Shown: piece by piece, positions 13,413 through 27,267 of the stretch | Numbering within the stretch: position 1 is the first letter of the stretch | Layout: the number at the start of each line of letters is the position of its first letter | Assembly (NCBI RefSeq): GCF_004010195.1 | Contig: NC_057751.1 | Location: forward strand, 15,306,597 to 15,359,784 | DNA length: 53,188 bases | Source of the DNA: Chiloscyllium plagiosum | Taxonomy: Eukaryota | Direction of reading: 5' to 3' | Position numbers and translations under genes: made by a program | The notes under the pieces: generated by a model | Seen by the model: the letters and a program-made list of their open reading frames with translations, nothing else | What the model was told of the DNA's origin: nothing | The model's database searches: none

Positions 13413-15476
13413 AGTTTAGGACTTCAAGGGACAATTAGGGGAATACAGGAGCTTTCTGTTCCAATCATGGGATATGGGCATCGCTGGCTGGGTTAGTATT
13501 TATTATCATCTATATGTAACTGTCCTCAAGAACATAGTGCTGAGCTGTCTTCTTGAATTACTGCAGTCCCTGGAAAGATGGGTTTTCAATTTTAGAGATA
13601 GGTATCAAAGTGCAAAATCAACAGGAATTAAGGATACTGGAGAGATCAGCATTGGCACAATAACTGGCATGTTAGAGGGACAGCAAGATAGACATTTAAT
13701 TCACAAAGTGTTTTGATGCGAGAGTAAAGGTACTCATCCAATGTGCTGAATAGCCATTTCTGAATTCTTCAAGTGCTCCTTGTGAACCTCCAAGACAGGA
13801 AAGAAAATTAAGCAGAGGGAAAGTAGAAGCCTCTGTGGGGTGGAAACCTGAAGAGAAAAATTTAAGAAGCTCCACTGTGAAATGCAAGCTCTGAAAATGA
13901 CAAAAGCAATCACTATTCAGTGAACTGTGCATCACCCATGGCAGTAATGGGCAGCCCAACTCACTATTGCAACTTCCAGCAGAGGACCACAGCATCCAGT
14001 GTTGCATTATACCCTCTTGTTGACAAATCAGAGAGCAATATTAACACACACACCCCCCCTACATGATAACTTGTTATCTGAACCTTGTAAATGCTTCTAT
14101 TCCGAGATATGAGTGCGCATGGAATTTAAAGAGGATGGGAGCATTCACAATTCATATTTTAAACACTGCTTGTTGAGGTCTCAATCCACCCAAGGGGATT
14201 AGTGGCTGACTGTCTTCTCTTCTCATAACCCAATCGCCAGCAATGAAAGAATAATTGCAATTGTACAGCACCTCTCAGGATCTGAAAATGTCCTGCAGGA
14301 CGTTAAAACCAATGAAGTACTTTTGAAGTGTCATCGCTGCAGCAAATGAAGCAACCAATTTGTACCAAGAAAACCCCTAGAAGCAGCAATAATATCCTGA
14401 CCAGATAACATGCTTTAAACCATCTGCCTTAATTAGGATTGGGTGTTTATGTGCTCACGTGCATTTGAAGGGTATTGTCCATGTTGTAGAAACTAGAAAT
14501 CTCTTCTTTTTACTGATACTATTAAAGTTTCTGTTGAGGAAAAGAAACTTGGTCGTGGGCCTGCTTTTCTCCTGGATAGCGGTCAGTCAAACAACTTGGG
14601 TTCAGGTGTTGTTGCTGGGATTTTTATCCATTTGTACATTGTGTAACCAAGTGTAATGCAGTCGGGCAGTTGTCGGTGCACGGTTTCCAGGTGAGTCATG
14701 GCACACCCAAGAGGGTAGGACAGTGCCTTCGCTTAAAGACTCATCAGAAGGTCAACTATGCAGTTACCTCAGCTGTTGGGTAACTGCGTTCAGGTCCTGG
14801 AGTGGAGGGTCGTATCCACCATCTTTGGACTCACGGAGAAGTATGCTACCAAGTGAACTCTCTTATGAGTTCTCACAGGACTCTGCAATGCTCTCGTTTA
14901 GGCTGGAGTGCTTGAGAACCCTAGAAAGGAAACTCGCTGCATCTGTCATCCATTTCATTTTGTGCAATTCTCTCCCCCTGAGCTCCAATTAATTGTCAGT
15001 GAAAGCTGCAGTCCATTTGTGTCGGCGCTGAGTGAAGTGATACTGCTGACATGGACTCTATCCTCATTTATCTTTCCTTACTCAGGGAAGATCACACATC
15101 ACTGCTGGAGACACATTGCAAACGGCCATCGACACATTTTTCCTTCAGTTAAGGCAATTCTTTCTCTGTGCTGCCCCATCCTCTCCGTGCCCATCCTTTC
15201 CCCTTCAATGTCCTCCCTGCTCTTCACCATTCCTTCCTCCCCTTTCCCATCCTCCTCTCCGAGCAGCAGACATCATGACCATGTAATCAGGTGAATGCAC
15301 AAACTTTCAGGATTGCCTCCTGTCCTACAATGCATCCAGTTGTCCAGGCAGTTCCCTAAGCTAGTCCAAATGGATAAGCCTCTTTCCTTCTATCAAACGT
15401 ATTCACATTTCCATCCACTAGACAGTAAATTTCTAAGACAAGTACAGGTTTAACGGACATCTCTCTCAAAAAAAAG

Positions 15477-15805
15477 GTAGATTAGATTAGATTCCCGACA
15501 GTCTGGAAACAAGACCTTCGACCCAGCAAGACCACACCAACCCTCCGAAAAGTGTCCCTCCCAGACCCATTCCCCTACATTTCCCCCTGACTAATGCACC
15601 TAACACTATGGACAATTTAGCATGGCCAATTCACCTAACCTGCACATCTTTGGATTGTGGGAGGAAACCGGAGCACTCAGAGGAAACTCATGCAGACACG
15701 GGAAGAATGTGCAAACTCCACACAGTCAGTTGCCCAATGCAGGCATTGAACCTGGGTGCCTGGCGCTGTGAGGCAGCAGTGCTAACCACTGAGCCATCAT
15801 GCCGT
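15477..15805 (-). mobile_element. HE1-like V-SINE
   Basis: Reverse complement of the same family, with a TAGAT tail at 15478-15492. Confidence 0.9.
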
Positions 15806-17187
15806 AGTGGGCAACACCAGTGTGTTTAGCCACGAGTTAATTAAAACTTGTCTAGTTTTAGCTTCAGGCCAAGTAGAAATAGGAGGAGGCCACTCAGCCC
15901 CTCCAGCCCTTTCTGTCAAGGTGATGAGCATTTTAATTCCATTCAACTGCCTTGTTTCCCTATGAATCGATATGTTTGTGTAGAACAAATCCCAACTTTG
16001 ACAGGTTCAATCGCAGGTTCAAGCACCAAGACCCTGACAATGTAGAGGGGGAGAACAGAGAAGAAATATGATTTGTCTATAGTTCCATTCCTGATTTCCA
16101 GTGAATACTCCCATCAATTTGGCTCATTCATTAAACTGCTCAGAATTCAGGAGGTAGCGATTGGGATGAGACATAGTGAGCCCATCGAATAATTCCAATT
16201 GAGAGAAAAACACGATAATTACCAACATTATGCAATGCAGGTCCATCGCAATGCTATAAAACAAAGTGTGCACTGGGGCAAACTAAACAGTCACATTGCC
16301 ACCACTTCCCTGTACAGTCCATGATTACTGGAGTGTCTTGCCGTGCAGCTGAATCGTATATACTCTGTCAGAACGATCTACTCACTTGTTTGCAGTGCTG
16401 TCCCAATAAATGTGCAAGTATTAGCTGCTTTCGGTCCTCAAATGCTTCACTCTGGCCTGCTCCTGTTTATTCAATGCCTCTCTTTGATAGCTTCTGTTCT
16501 CCAGCCTACAACTTGGTTACAGCACTTGCAATTCATTGTTTAGGGTAGGATATTTGAAAGGAGAGATGACGACTTTCCGCTAGCTGGAGCTTGCACAGAA
16601 ACTGCATTAATAATACATCCCTCCACTGTGCAAGGACAAGACCTGTGTGAGGCTTTTGCGTTGCTTCAGTTCTAAAAGAATACTCCCAGGGAGCAAGGTG
16701 ACTTCGTGAAATTCAAGAGGGAGCAAACACTTGCACCAAATACATACAAAGCAAACACAGCAACATCATCAACCTTTGTTACATTTCAACATCAACAATG
16801 TGTCAGGAAATGGTTCATTTTCCTGCAAGGATTATGGTGAGAGATATTAGCTCTCTGCCTGCTGGAAGTCTCCTTTCCTCAACATTACTATGGCTGCCTT
16901 CAAACAAGAATGAGTCAGCATTTCCTTTGTTGGTTTCTTTCACTCTGAGCTCAGGAGTGCACGCAATGGTAGGACTGGAAGAAAAATACTCCAACATCCA
17001 TTGAAAACAACACCCAGAACCTGCAATTGTCTGTTTTCAACCCATTACCCTCGTGCAAGCATGGTGAAAGGAATGTTCATTGCAACTCTTGTTAGCATTT
17101 ACCGTGAACAGCCGTGCGCGCTCGGATGCGGTTCCACAACAGCGGCCAACTTCTGTTAACCTCATAGAGTGTTAACCTCAACCAATA

Positions 17188-17514
17188 GGCGGCACGGTGG
17201 CACAGTGGTGACGGCACGGTGGCACAGTGGTTAGCACTGCTGCCTCACAGCGCCAGAGACCCGGGTTCAATTCCCGCCTCAGGCGACTGACTGTGAGGAG
17301 TTTGCACATTCTCCCTGTGTCTGCGTGGGTTTCCTCCGGGTGCTCCGGTTTCCTCCCACAGTCCAAAGATGTGCAGGTCAGGTGAATTGGCCATGCTAAG
17401 TTGCCCGTAGTGTTAGGTAAGGGGTAAATGTAGGGGTATGGGTGGTTTGTGCTTCGGCGGGTCGGTGTGGACTTGTTGGGCCGAAGGGCCTGTTTCCATA
17501 CTGTAAAGTAATCT
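17188..17514 (+). mobile_element. HE1-like V-SINE with duplicated 5' head
   Basis: CGGCACGGTGGCACAGTGGT occurs twice in tandem, followed by an intact, CpG-rich SINE body. Confidence 0.9.
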
Positions 17515-17914
17515 GAAAAATATTCGAGATACTTGACCCCGTTTTCACTGCACGTTCACATATCATATCAGAAATTCCTTTGGATCTTTGAATGGGTGGA
17601 AGACGACTTGCTGTCCCAGATTACCACGAAGATGTCAATGTCTCTTGATGTCAGTGTGTGGCAGCACATACGATAGCGGGTACATGAGAACGCCCCCTCC
17701 AAGTCACCTGTTATCCAAGATTGGGCATATATTGCTGTTCCATCATCACCGTTGAGTCAAAATCCAGAACTCTCTCCCTAATAGCACTAACAATGCCATG
17801 AGTGCACTGACACCTCACAGACTGTAGTAGTACAAGAAGGCAGCTCTCCACCAACTTTTCTAAGGCAACTGAGTGCTCATTTTTCTTGTAAGGTTCACAC
17901 CTGAGTTAGTGTCA

Positions 17915-18310
17915 ACTGTGGCTCAGATGGCAGCACTCTCTGACATACAACCTTCTGGGTTCAAGGCCCATTCCAGTTCAAAACTCAAGTCTGACCCTTC
18001 AGTGCAGTGCCAAAGGTGTGCTGCACTGTTTGAAGTGCTGCCTTTTAAATCACATACTGAACCAAGCTCCAGCTATCTCTTGGTATATTGCAGACAGACA
18101 ATCCAATAACACTATTCAAAGGACAGTAGGAGCATTCTGCCCATTGTCCCTCAATCAAAATTAGATTATCTGACCATTGTCACACTGCTTGGATGTGCAT
18201 AAATTGACTCTCACGTTTCTTACATTGCAACAGTGACAATGCTTTAAAAGTACATCATCAGCTGTAAAGCTGGTGAAAGGTGGGATTTAAACACAAGTGT
18301 TTCTTTTCCT
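17915..18310 (+). mobile_element. Old Deu-domain SINE (SacSINE1/AmnSINE1-like); related minus-strand fragments at about 14245-14410 and 48890-49370
   Basis: tRNA-like head followed by Deu-like blocks: gtgctgcactgtt.gaagtgc, agattatctg..cattgtcaca, tttc.tacattgcaacagtgac...aaaagtac.tcat..gctgtaaagc. Recognised from memory of the consensus. Confidence 0.65.
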
Positions 18311-19239
18311 TTTCATGCCCAGCATTGAATGTAAAAGAAAAACAGTTTTTTCCAGTGCAGACACAATGGGCTGAACGGTCTCCTTCTGCAACGTAATATC
18401 TTTGTGACCCCATGATTCAAGACTCCCATATTGTTGGAGGACCCTCAGGAACTCAACCTCTGTGCGTAATGTCCTTCCTAAATGACCATTAAGTTTCTAT
18501 ATAGATAAGCTCAGACAGAAAATGACCCACAGCATGTAAATGCAATGCAAACATTTACACACTGGTCCGTGTGCTTGCAGTAAGAGATCCCTGACATTTA
18601 TGGCTCATGCCAACTCTGGTCAATACCGTCATGCATTTTTCATAGCACGTAGCAATCTGCATTGAACCAGACTGGGTCATTGAATTGCATTGAATGGAGT
18701 TGGTGAAGTGTTATATGCTACAATCATCTCAGTTTTGAGCAGTCCTGCAGAGATTCGATTCAAAGATAGAACAGCAGATAATCGATTGAAAACACTTAAA
18801 AGGATGAATTGGTAATTCTCAACAAGCATTCCGTTATGGAATAAAAACCCCTTCAGGCCAAGTGTTCTGACTGTGGCTGACAAGAGAAGTTAAAAAAATG
18901 CTTTAGATTTCACGAAGAAGCTGATCATGCCATCAAAAGGGGAGCAAGTCAGAGGACTGGGAGGATTAACAAATGAGCAAAGAGTGGCCAAGAAAATGAT
19001 ACAGCAAGGGAAAATAGAATGAGAGTTGACTGACTAGACATAAAACAAACCTGACTGTAAAGGAAGAGATAAGTGACAGAAAAAAGTTGGGGCTCTTGGG
19101 GACACAGACAGGATGAATTAGCACAGGGATAAAGAAACGTGAGTAATTGAACAAATAATTCATTGGCATCTGCCTTCAGGAGACACAGAATAGTATCCTC
19201 AACAATGTGGGGAACCAAGGTCTGAAGAAAATGAGGAAC

Positions 19240-19533
19240 CAGAGGACACAGCTTAAAAATAAGGGGTAGGCCATTTAGGACAGAGAGGAGGAGAAACTTC
19301 TTCACCCAGAGAGTGGTGGCTGTGTGGAATGCTCTGCCCAAGAGGGCAGTGGAGACCCACTCTCTGGATTCGTTTAAGAAAGAGTTGGATAGAGCTCTCA
19401 AGGATAGTAGAATCAAGGGTTATGGAGATAAGGCAGGAACAGGATACTGATTGAGGATGATCAGCCATGATCATAATGGATGGTGGTGCAGGCTCGAAGG
19501 GCAGAATGGCCTACTCCTGCACCTATTGTCTAT
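19240..19533 (+). mobile_element. Young CR1 3' fragment nested in an older decayed CR1 (about 18890-20030)
   Basis: 8-bp TSD TGAGGAAC at 19232-19239 and 19534-19541; RRNFFTQRVV.VWNALP motif; ctatt-type tail. Confidence 0.85.
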
Positions 19534-20176
19534 TGAGGAACTTAAGGATATTACTAGTAGAGAAAATAATGGGATTAAAAGACAACAACAAATCTCCTGG
19601 ACATGATAGCTTGTGTTTCTGGGTTATAAAAAAAAATGGGGCCATACGCATGGATTCTGGAGCATTCTCTGCAATTGGAAGGAATCTAAATTAACCATTT
19701 TATTCAAGGGAGGAGAGAGAAAACAAGTGCCAGCCAGCTGACAGCAGTGATCACAAAGATGCTAGAATGCATTGAGGAACATGTTAACAGATCACTTAGA
19801 AAGTCTAAATATGACGGGGCAGATCAAAGACAAACCGGCGAGAGGGAAATTACAGTTGACAAATCTATTAGTGTTTGAGGTTCTAACTACAAGTGTGGGC
19901 AACATGATTGGGGCTAACATATTGGCATAGACTGAGGATTGGTTAATGGACTTAAATAGACAGTAGGGAAAAACGGGTCACTTTTTGTTGTCAGGCTTTA
20001 CCTAGCCAGGTACCACAAGGATCACTTGTATCGGCGACATAGATGCAAGGACCGAGCGGAGTGAATCGCCAGTGCACGCTCTCCTTCTTTCGTTCTCAGT
20101 AGCAGATTTTTTCAATACCCAGCAGCTGGAAAGAACTCCGTCAACTGCACGCAACTTTCAGATTTTGCATTCCTAC

Positions 20177-20343
20177 CTTCCATGACGTACACCAGTGAGC
20201 CCACATCTCCCTCCTCAATAACACAGCTGCCTTGGCTGTACTCCACCGGGTACATGCAATCCACAATCTCCTGAATCTGAGACATCTCTAAGTTCTTCAT
20301 GAAGTCATTCTCCAAAATGGCATCCTTGATCAGCTCCTTTGAC
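20177..20343 (-). CDS. PRKG1: PRKG1-type common exon 2 (start of cyclic-nucleotide-binding domain A)
   Basis: 167 bp; acceptor tgtgcag|G, donor GAAG|GTAGGA. Translates [55 protein letters not shown]. Confidence 0.96.
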
Positions 20344-21289
20344 CTGCACACAGAACCAGAGAACAGGATCTGAGATGGTTAAAGAGGAATTAACAGTGCA
20401 CACATTTTTATCTGCTTAACACCCAGTCACCTGACGGCCTCTGGACACAAGTCTTGAGAGAATAAAATTCATGATTCCAAGTGGCCTGTTTGGAGAGTTC
20501 CTGAGAAATGTTTGGGAACTGTCCCCATGCCACACCTTCTCTCAGTTGGTTGTCCAACACTTTGCACTATTTCGATAACATTGTAGAAATCTAAAATCAA
20601 AAATTAGTCTAGTCCTACTCACCAGTTCCCACTCAAGACCATTCATTCATTCCCAGTACTTCCAAAACACAAACTTGACTCAGTGGTTTTCTCATCCAGA
20701 GATCTAAATCCTCTCAAACTCGAAGCTTCATATTGTTGTGTAATGTGTCACAGTATATCTAGAATAGACATGCTCCTGGCATCACCACTAAATCATAGCA
20801 GATCATCAAAGGGTTTTAGTATCATATTCTCCATCTTGACTGTGACCAACTGAAGCATGACATGCTGCTGAAAGCGTGCGGCTCATTGTAACTGAGGAAG
20901 GGAAGGTTGAGGGAAGAGTCAAGTAAGGTTAAAATACCTGACAGGAAAGGGAAAATTCAACTCAATCTAGCTTCATGTACCAACAGCGGAACTGGACAAA
21001 AGCTGGTTCAACCCAGATATGTAGCAGGTGACGAGAGTACATTTATTGTGCATCCAAAGCTAATTAATATTGCAGGAAAGAGTGGTTTTGCAATCTCAAA
21101 CACCAAATGGACAGCAACCTTTCAGGAAAGCAGCTCATTACCACCTTCTGAAGAGGCAGTTAAGGAAGAGTGATAAACGCTGGCCCAGTTAATGACGGTC
21201 ATATCCATTTCAATATGGTGACTGAACCAGGAACCAGGAAGACAGTCTCCTTCAGGCAGAGTGGTTAGGATCTGAAAATGAGCTACCTG

Positions 21290-22155
21290 AGATCCTGGGG
21301 GGGTGCTGCTGAACAAAGAGCCTTTGGAGTGCAAGTTCATAGTTCCTTGAAAGTTGAGTCGCAGGTAGAGTCGCAGTGAAGGCGGCCTTTGGTATGCTTC
21401 CCTTTATTGGTCAGCCAATATATGGAGGAGCCAGTGTTGGATTGGGGTGGGCAAAGTTAAAAATCACATAACACCAGGTTATAGTCCAACATGTTTATTT
21501 GGAAGCACTAGCTTTCTGAGTGCTGCTCCTTCATCAGGTAGGATTGGACTATAACCTGGTGTTGTGTGATTTTTAACTTCATTGGTCAGAGCATTGCGTA
21601 TTGGAGTTGGAAGGTCATGGTGCAGCTGTACAGGACATTGGTTAGGCCACTTTTGGAATATTCTGTGCAATTCTGGTCTCCCTCCGAAAGGAAGGATGTT
21701 ATGAAACTTGAAAGGGTTCAGAAAAGATTTACAAGGATGTTGCCAGAGTTGGAGAGTCGGAGCTCTAGGGAGAGGCTGAACAGGCTGGAGCTGTTTTCCC
21801 AATAGCATTGGAGACTGAGGGGAGATCTTACAGAGGTTTTTAAAATCATGAGGGGCATGGTTAGGGTAAATAGACAAGGTCTTTTCCCTAGGGTGGAGGA
21901 GTCCAGAACTTGTGGGCAGGGGTTTAGGGAGGGAGGGGAAAGGTTTATAAGAGACCTAAGGGGCATGTATGGAATGAGCTGCCAGAGGAAGTGGAGGAGG
22001 CTGGTATAATTACAACATTTAAAAGGCTTCTGGATGGATATATGAATAGGAAGGGTTTAGAGGGATATGGGCCGGGTGCTGGCAAATTTAGGATATCTGA
22101 TCGGCATGAACGATTTGGATCAAAGGGTCTGTTTCCATGCTGTACATCTCTATGA
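21290..22155 (+). mobile_element. CR1/HER1-like LINE 3' part interrupted by a Penelope-derived mini element (21415-21580)
   Basis: LYRTLVRPLLEYSVQFWSP..RKDVMKLERVQKRFTRMLPEL. The insert is flanked by ATTGGTCAG (21406-21414 and 21581-21589), with inverted arms and a decayed hammerhead at 21501-21540 (-). Confidence 0.85.
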
Positions 22156-23189
22156 CACAATGTCAAATTGTCATTCCTTGGATCTGCAGAGGTTTCAATT
22201 GAAATCTTGCTTTCCCTTCCCATCGACTCCCAATTCACTGACATGCTGAAGGATTCAAACAAGCTTAATTCTTTTCCATGTCATTCCTTAGGAGAGAATT
22301 CCAAATGGACAAGTTTGCCCCCTATTCAGTCCCAGCAAAGTGAACTCTGACTCAGCCTAAATCCATCATAAGGAAAATGTTCAGCCAATACCCGATGTCA
22401 GACAATACCTTTCCACTCAGACCTGGCAAGGTGTTGAGTAAACAGACTGGACAGAGCCAATAGTGAATGAAAATTGACTATGGTTCACTACTGTGCAATT
22501 CATGTTCCATGTATTGTTTTCACTCTCTTGTATGCTTACTGAGAAGTCTTACACTTCATGAAACTAAAATGCACTCTTTATACACAAAATTAAGGCTTCA
22601 CTCGAACTACTACTACAACAACTTTGGACATTTTACTAACTTGCATGTATTTTATACACAAACTGTCACTGGTATTAGCATCCTAAAGATAGGGGATAGA
22701 CTTTATTAAAATTTACTTCTGGAAGCACTGGTGACTAGATAACTTATGCTTCAAATATAATAAGCAACAGGGATGAAACTGTGCAGATGCAATGGATCTC
22801 ATTACAGGATTTTAGCAATACCTAGTATGGCAGAAATGTCCTCTTTAATCAAGAAATAATGTGTGTTAGCCTGCATTAAAAACGTCAATCGGAGGATTTC
22901 AGGTCCACAATGGTGTCTCTTTTTTAACATAAGAATCGGCTCCCTCAGTCAAGCAGTGTCCAATTTTGATGCAAGATGGGACATTCTCAGCTAAATTGCC
23001 TTTGGCCTAACTTCACCTGGACTTTCTGAACAACCCTGGTTTTGATAAGAGAATCTCAGCAGCATCACGTCAGACCTATTGCTGGGCCATCAATGTCATT
23101 TGTGGGTGGACATCTTTGTGAACTGTGTTGGGACCTCTAAATTTCCCTGCATCTAAAACACTGCCTCTGTTACACAGCTCTCATCCCAT

Positions 23190-23704
23190 TAGAGTCATAG
23201 AGATGCATAGCATGGAAACATACCCTCTGGTCTAACTTGTCCATGTCAGCCGGATATCCCAACCCAATCTAGTCCCACTTGCCAGCACCCAGTCCATATC
23301 CCCATCCAGATGCCTTTTAAATGTTGCAATTGTACCAGCCTCCACCACTTCCTCTGGCAGCTCATTCCATACACGAACCACCCTCTGCATTAAAAGGTTG
23401 CCCCTCAGGTCTCTTTTATATCTTTCCCCTCTCACCCTCAACCTATGCCCTCCAGATCTGGGCTCCCCCACCCCAGGGAAGAGACTCTGTCTTGTTATCC
23501 TATCCATGCCCGTCATAATTTTATCAACCTCTACTAGGTCACCCCTCAGCCTCTGACGCTCCAGGGAAAACATCCCCAGCCTATTCAGTCTCTCCCTATC
23601 GCTCAAATCCTCCAAGCCTGGTAACATCCTTGTAAATCTTTTCTGAACCCTTTCAAGTTTCACAACATCTTTCCGATAGGAAGGAGACCAGATTTGCACA
23701 CAAT
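23190..23704 (-). mobile_element. CR1/HER1-like LINE 3' fragment
   Basis: ORF 23232-23699: WSPSYRKDVVKLERVQKRFTRMLPGL...FSLERQRLRGDL...QRVVRVWNELPEEVVEA. Confidence 0.92.
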
Positions 23705-25914
23705 ATTAGAATGCTTTTTCCTCAATATCTCCCCTTTCTAAGTGCTTCCAGAAATTGATCAGCTGCAGAAATTGATTTTCTTCAATCAAATGATCTTATC
23801 TTTTCTTCTTACACCTGACACAAACACCTTTTTGTCACAAATTGGTCTCCAAATCTGTACAATTCTGTATTTGACTACCTTTTGCCTTGTGTCAGAAGCA
23901 GCAAAATTCTCAAGTTAAATTATCACATTTTCTCAATGCAATTATACTTTCCGCTCAGTTACAGGTGCAGTGTTTCTGTTACATTTTATGCCCCTTGTAA
24001 ATGTGCTACTGTAATCTCGGTACAAAGACAAAGTTCATTTTGCACAGAATCGGAAGCAACTCTGGCAAATATATTCACAGTGTGCATAATTATTCAAAAG
24101 AGAATCAAAGCTCACAGCTTCTGCATTTTTCAGGATGGGTACGTGGACTGCAGGAGACAGTACTGCTACTGACGTGTGCTGATTCAAAGCAACTCAAAGA
24201 CATCTGTCTGTCACTTTAAATAAAAATAACCCACTGCGATGCGCTTATCACTTGCAACAAAGGTAGGGGCAGCACTGTGACGCTCTCCCTTGTGATGATG
24301 GAGTGGTTGTATGCAGGTTGACGACACCAGAAATGATCAAGCTGTGGCAGTGAGCAAAGGAGTGAAATGGGGGCCAGGAGAATGCTTTCTGGGAAAGATA
24401 AGAAACTGATAGAATAGCAGCCATCATATGAAATACTATCTGAGAAGCAGTCATCAATGCAAGCATGTGTTTCAATAGTTTGCAATATTTCTGAAGCAAA
24501 AGCAAAGAGCCTTCTATTGGAATAACAGTAGGCTGCTGCAGTGACCCTCAGCCTCCGTGCACTTTTTTTGCAATGGCAAGCTCACCAGGATTTGGTAACC
24601 TCCCTGGACCCCCCTCCAGTGTGATGAGGATAAGTCTCATATTCTCTGTTCAGGTTCAAGAATGAGCATTTGGGGGTTCACGGCGATACAAGCTCCAGCA
24701 CATCAGGACAGATGTTCTTTGGGGGGTGGGGCTTAATTCAAGGCATTAAAAGGCTGCATGTGTATGTGTCCATATGCAAGGTGTGGTTATCCCCAAGTAA
24801 AGAGCAAAATGAGGACCACAGAGCAGTTGCTCCCTTGTTGCTTAACCAAACAGTTATTTAATAACTAATTCCACAGGCTCACCACTCTCTGGTTGAAAAG
24901 AGATGCCATCAGCAAATATATGAAGATGGATGCTTTGGTTTAAGATGGTATCTAAAGGTACCATGCATGTGGAGCAGAAGTGGGAGGGGGCCAAAATTTA
25001 GATCCTTTGGGGATATTTGAGGTAACGTTACGGTCAGGGAAATTGAAGTTTTGCAGCTGACTTTCTGGCCATGGCTGTGTACATAAGTGTGTAACCAGGG
25101 AGGTACGGTCCCACCCACCAGAAAATTGCAGAGAGGTTTTAAAACAGGGTAGTGTGGGAAAGGCTCCACAGTGATCAAGAAGGATGAAGAGTTTAGCTTT
25201 GTTCATTATTTTGATGCTGTGTACACACATATTCCTTTTGGAAAGAAGACACCAACAGAGCATCCCTCCAACCAATAACACATATGCATATCCATCAGGT
25301 CAGCCACATTCATGAAGGAAATCTCCATTAATAGACTGATCTGCTAATTCTGGATTGATATATGCACATGTGAGGTAGTCGTTTCACAAATGATGTTCAG
25401 CCTCTACACAAGTATAAATCATGTCTGACACATTATTTTTGGAACACTTATGCTAGATTTTTAAATAAAATTAGGGAAATAAAAACAATGTATTTTTAAA
25501 TGATTTTCAATTTAAAAAAAACAATTAAAATGTCTTGAATTTTTAAAAATTAGTACTCCTGATAATTCTCCATAGAAGCATTAAGATTCATATTAAAAGG
25601 AAGAAGTCCTGGGAACCCAATTGTTCATCTCAATCATTTATCCATGGGCTCATTGAGTTCAGGAACTTTATGAAAGGGAACATTTTAATTCCCTGTCTTA
25701 AACTGTTATCCAAATTAGATTAAGTGAATAAAACATTAAAGGAAATTAACACATATTTTGTTGGGCAAGGGTTCTAAAGGTTATGGGATTGAGGCATAGA
25801 GATGATGGTAAAATTAGCCACTGAATGACCAAATAGACTTATGGAGTTTCTCATGCAGATCTGTGCAGGATTTACACTTCCCTCGATTCAATGGGTCAAA
25901 TGGCTTACTTCTGT

Positions 25915-26342
25915 TCCGAAATCTCAGCAGGTCTGACAGCATATGTGGACAGAAATCAGAGTTAATGTTATGGATCTAGTGACGCTTCCTCAGAACTGGT
26001 AGTAGGTCGAAAAACGTCAGTTCATATGCAGGCGGTAGGGTGACAGGATGGGGCAAGGAGTAAACAATAGGCAGGGTTAGAGCCCAAACGGAAAGAAGAA
26101 TGGTTTGACAAAGGAGTGGATAACGATCTGGCAAGGTGGGTGATTAATGGAGTCTATTAGTGGCTAACAAGAGTGTGTAATAACAAACGATGAGATAACA
26201 CGGCCTGGTGTGTGGAAGTTAGGGTCAGGATATGGGATAGCTCAAGTCCTGAAGTTGTTAAACTCAATATTGAGTCCAGAAAGCTGCAAGGTCCCTAAGT
26301 GCAAGATGAAGTGCTGTTCTTCCAGCTTATGCTGAGCTTTCA
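25915..26342 (-). mobile_element. Decayed Penelope-like element 3' end (GIY-YIG C-terminus plus terminal repeat)
   Basis: AQHKLEEQHFILHLGTLQLSGLNIEFNNF matches the PLE endonuclease tail (EQ.LI..LGTL.P.GLN). Degenerate CTGAGGA core near 25990. A CR1 3' tail follows at about 26390-26620. Confidence 0.7.
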
Positions 26343-27164
26343 GTTTTGATTTCATGAAGCTCTCTTTACATTGTCCATTAAACAGTGAAATTTCTTGTCT
26401 GAGGACAGTGAATCTATGGAATTCATTACCGCAGAGAGCTGTCAAGGCTGGGTCGTTAAGACATATTCGAGGCTGAGACACATTTCTAATCAGTAAGGGA
26501 ATCAAAGATTATGGGGAAAAAGGAGTTCAGGATTATCACAATCAGCCAGAATCTAATTGAATGGACAAGCAGCTTGATGGGCTGAATGGCTTACATCTGC
26601 TCCTATGTCTTATGGTCTCATCATCAGACCCTCGAGCGTTGTTGGTTCAGAGCTAAATGAACAACATCTGAAACGATGGGTGCAAATCAGGAGGTTGCCA
26701 CACAACCTGCTCAGAGCTGCTGTCAGCTTGTAGTCTTAATGGCTGCACCCCCCCACCAGCAATTTATCAAGACAACTGATCCTCATTCAACTAGATGATG
26801 ACATTTCTCAAGTGTTACAATGCGTGCTACATCTACCCATTTTAACCACATGCCTGGTATTAATCTGAAGGTCACTTAAAAATAAATGTAAGAAGGAAAT
26901 ATTGGCTCCTGCTGGAAGTTTCTTCAATGGAAGAATGAAACAAAACTGTCTTGTTTTGCCTCTCAGCAATATGCCAAACCTCTTTTGACAGCCGCTTCTA
27001 AACACACAGCCTCCACGCCTTCCAGGGCAATAGATGAAAGGGAACACCACCCCCTGCAAATTCCCTTCCAAGTGACACACCATCCGCAACAGACCATCTG
27101 TTTTATTCAACACATACAAACCCATCAGGCCTCTGTTGGCACTTTCAAAACATTGTTCAAGTAG

Positions 27165-27267
27165 CAAGTTTTGAGAAGATTTGTAGTTCAGGTTGAGGTT
27201 CTGGATGCTGAGCTGGAAGGTTCATTTTCATTCAGCTCCAGCTCAGCGAGCAAACCGACATCCAGTT
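27165..27267. mobile_element. 103-bp fold-back mini element (PLE-terminus-derived)
   Basis: Perfect TSD TTCAAGTAG (27156-27164 and 27268-27276). Inverted CTGGATG/CATCCAG and GCTGAGCTGGA/TCCAGCTCAGC. Similar to 46637-46829. Confidence 0.65.

Noticed and set aside
7630..13438. Long ORFs of 264-403 aa in the ORF track
   Set aside because: They run through N gaps and GA-rich repeats. Only the PLE frame at 7584-7822 is meaningful.
14758..14789. Hairpin GCAGTTACC-N10-GGTAACTGC
   Set aside because: Too short for a pre-miRNA; isolated, with no family evidence.
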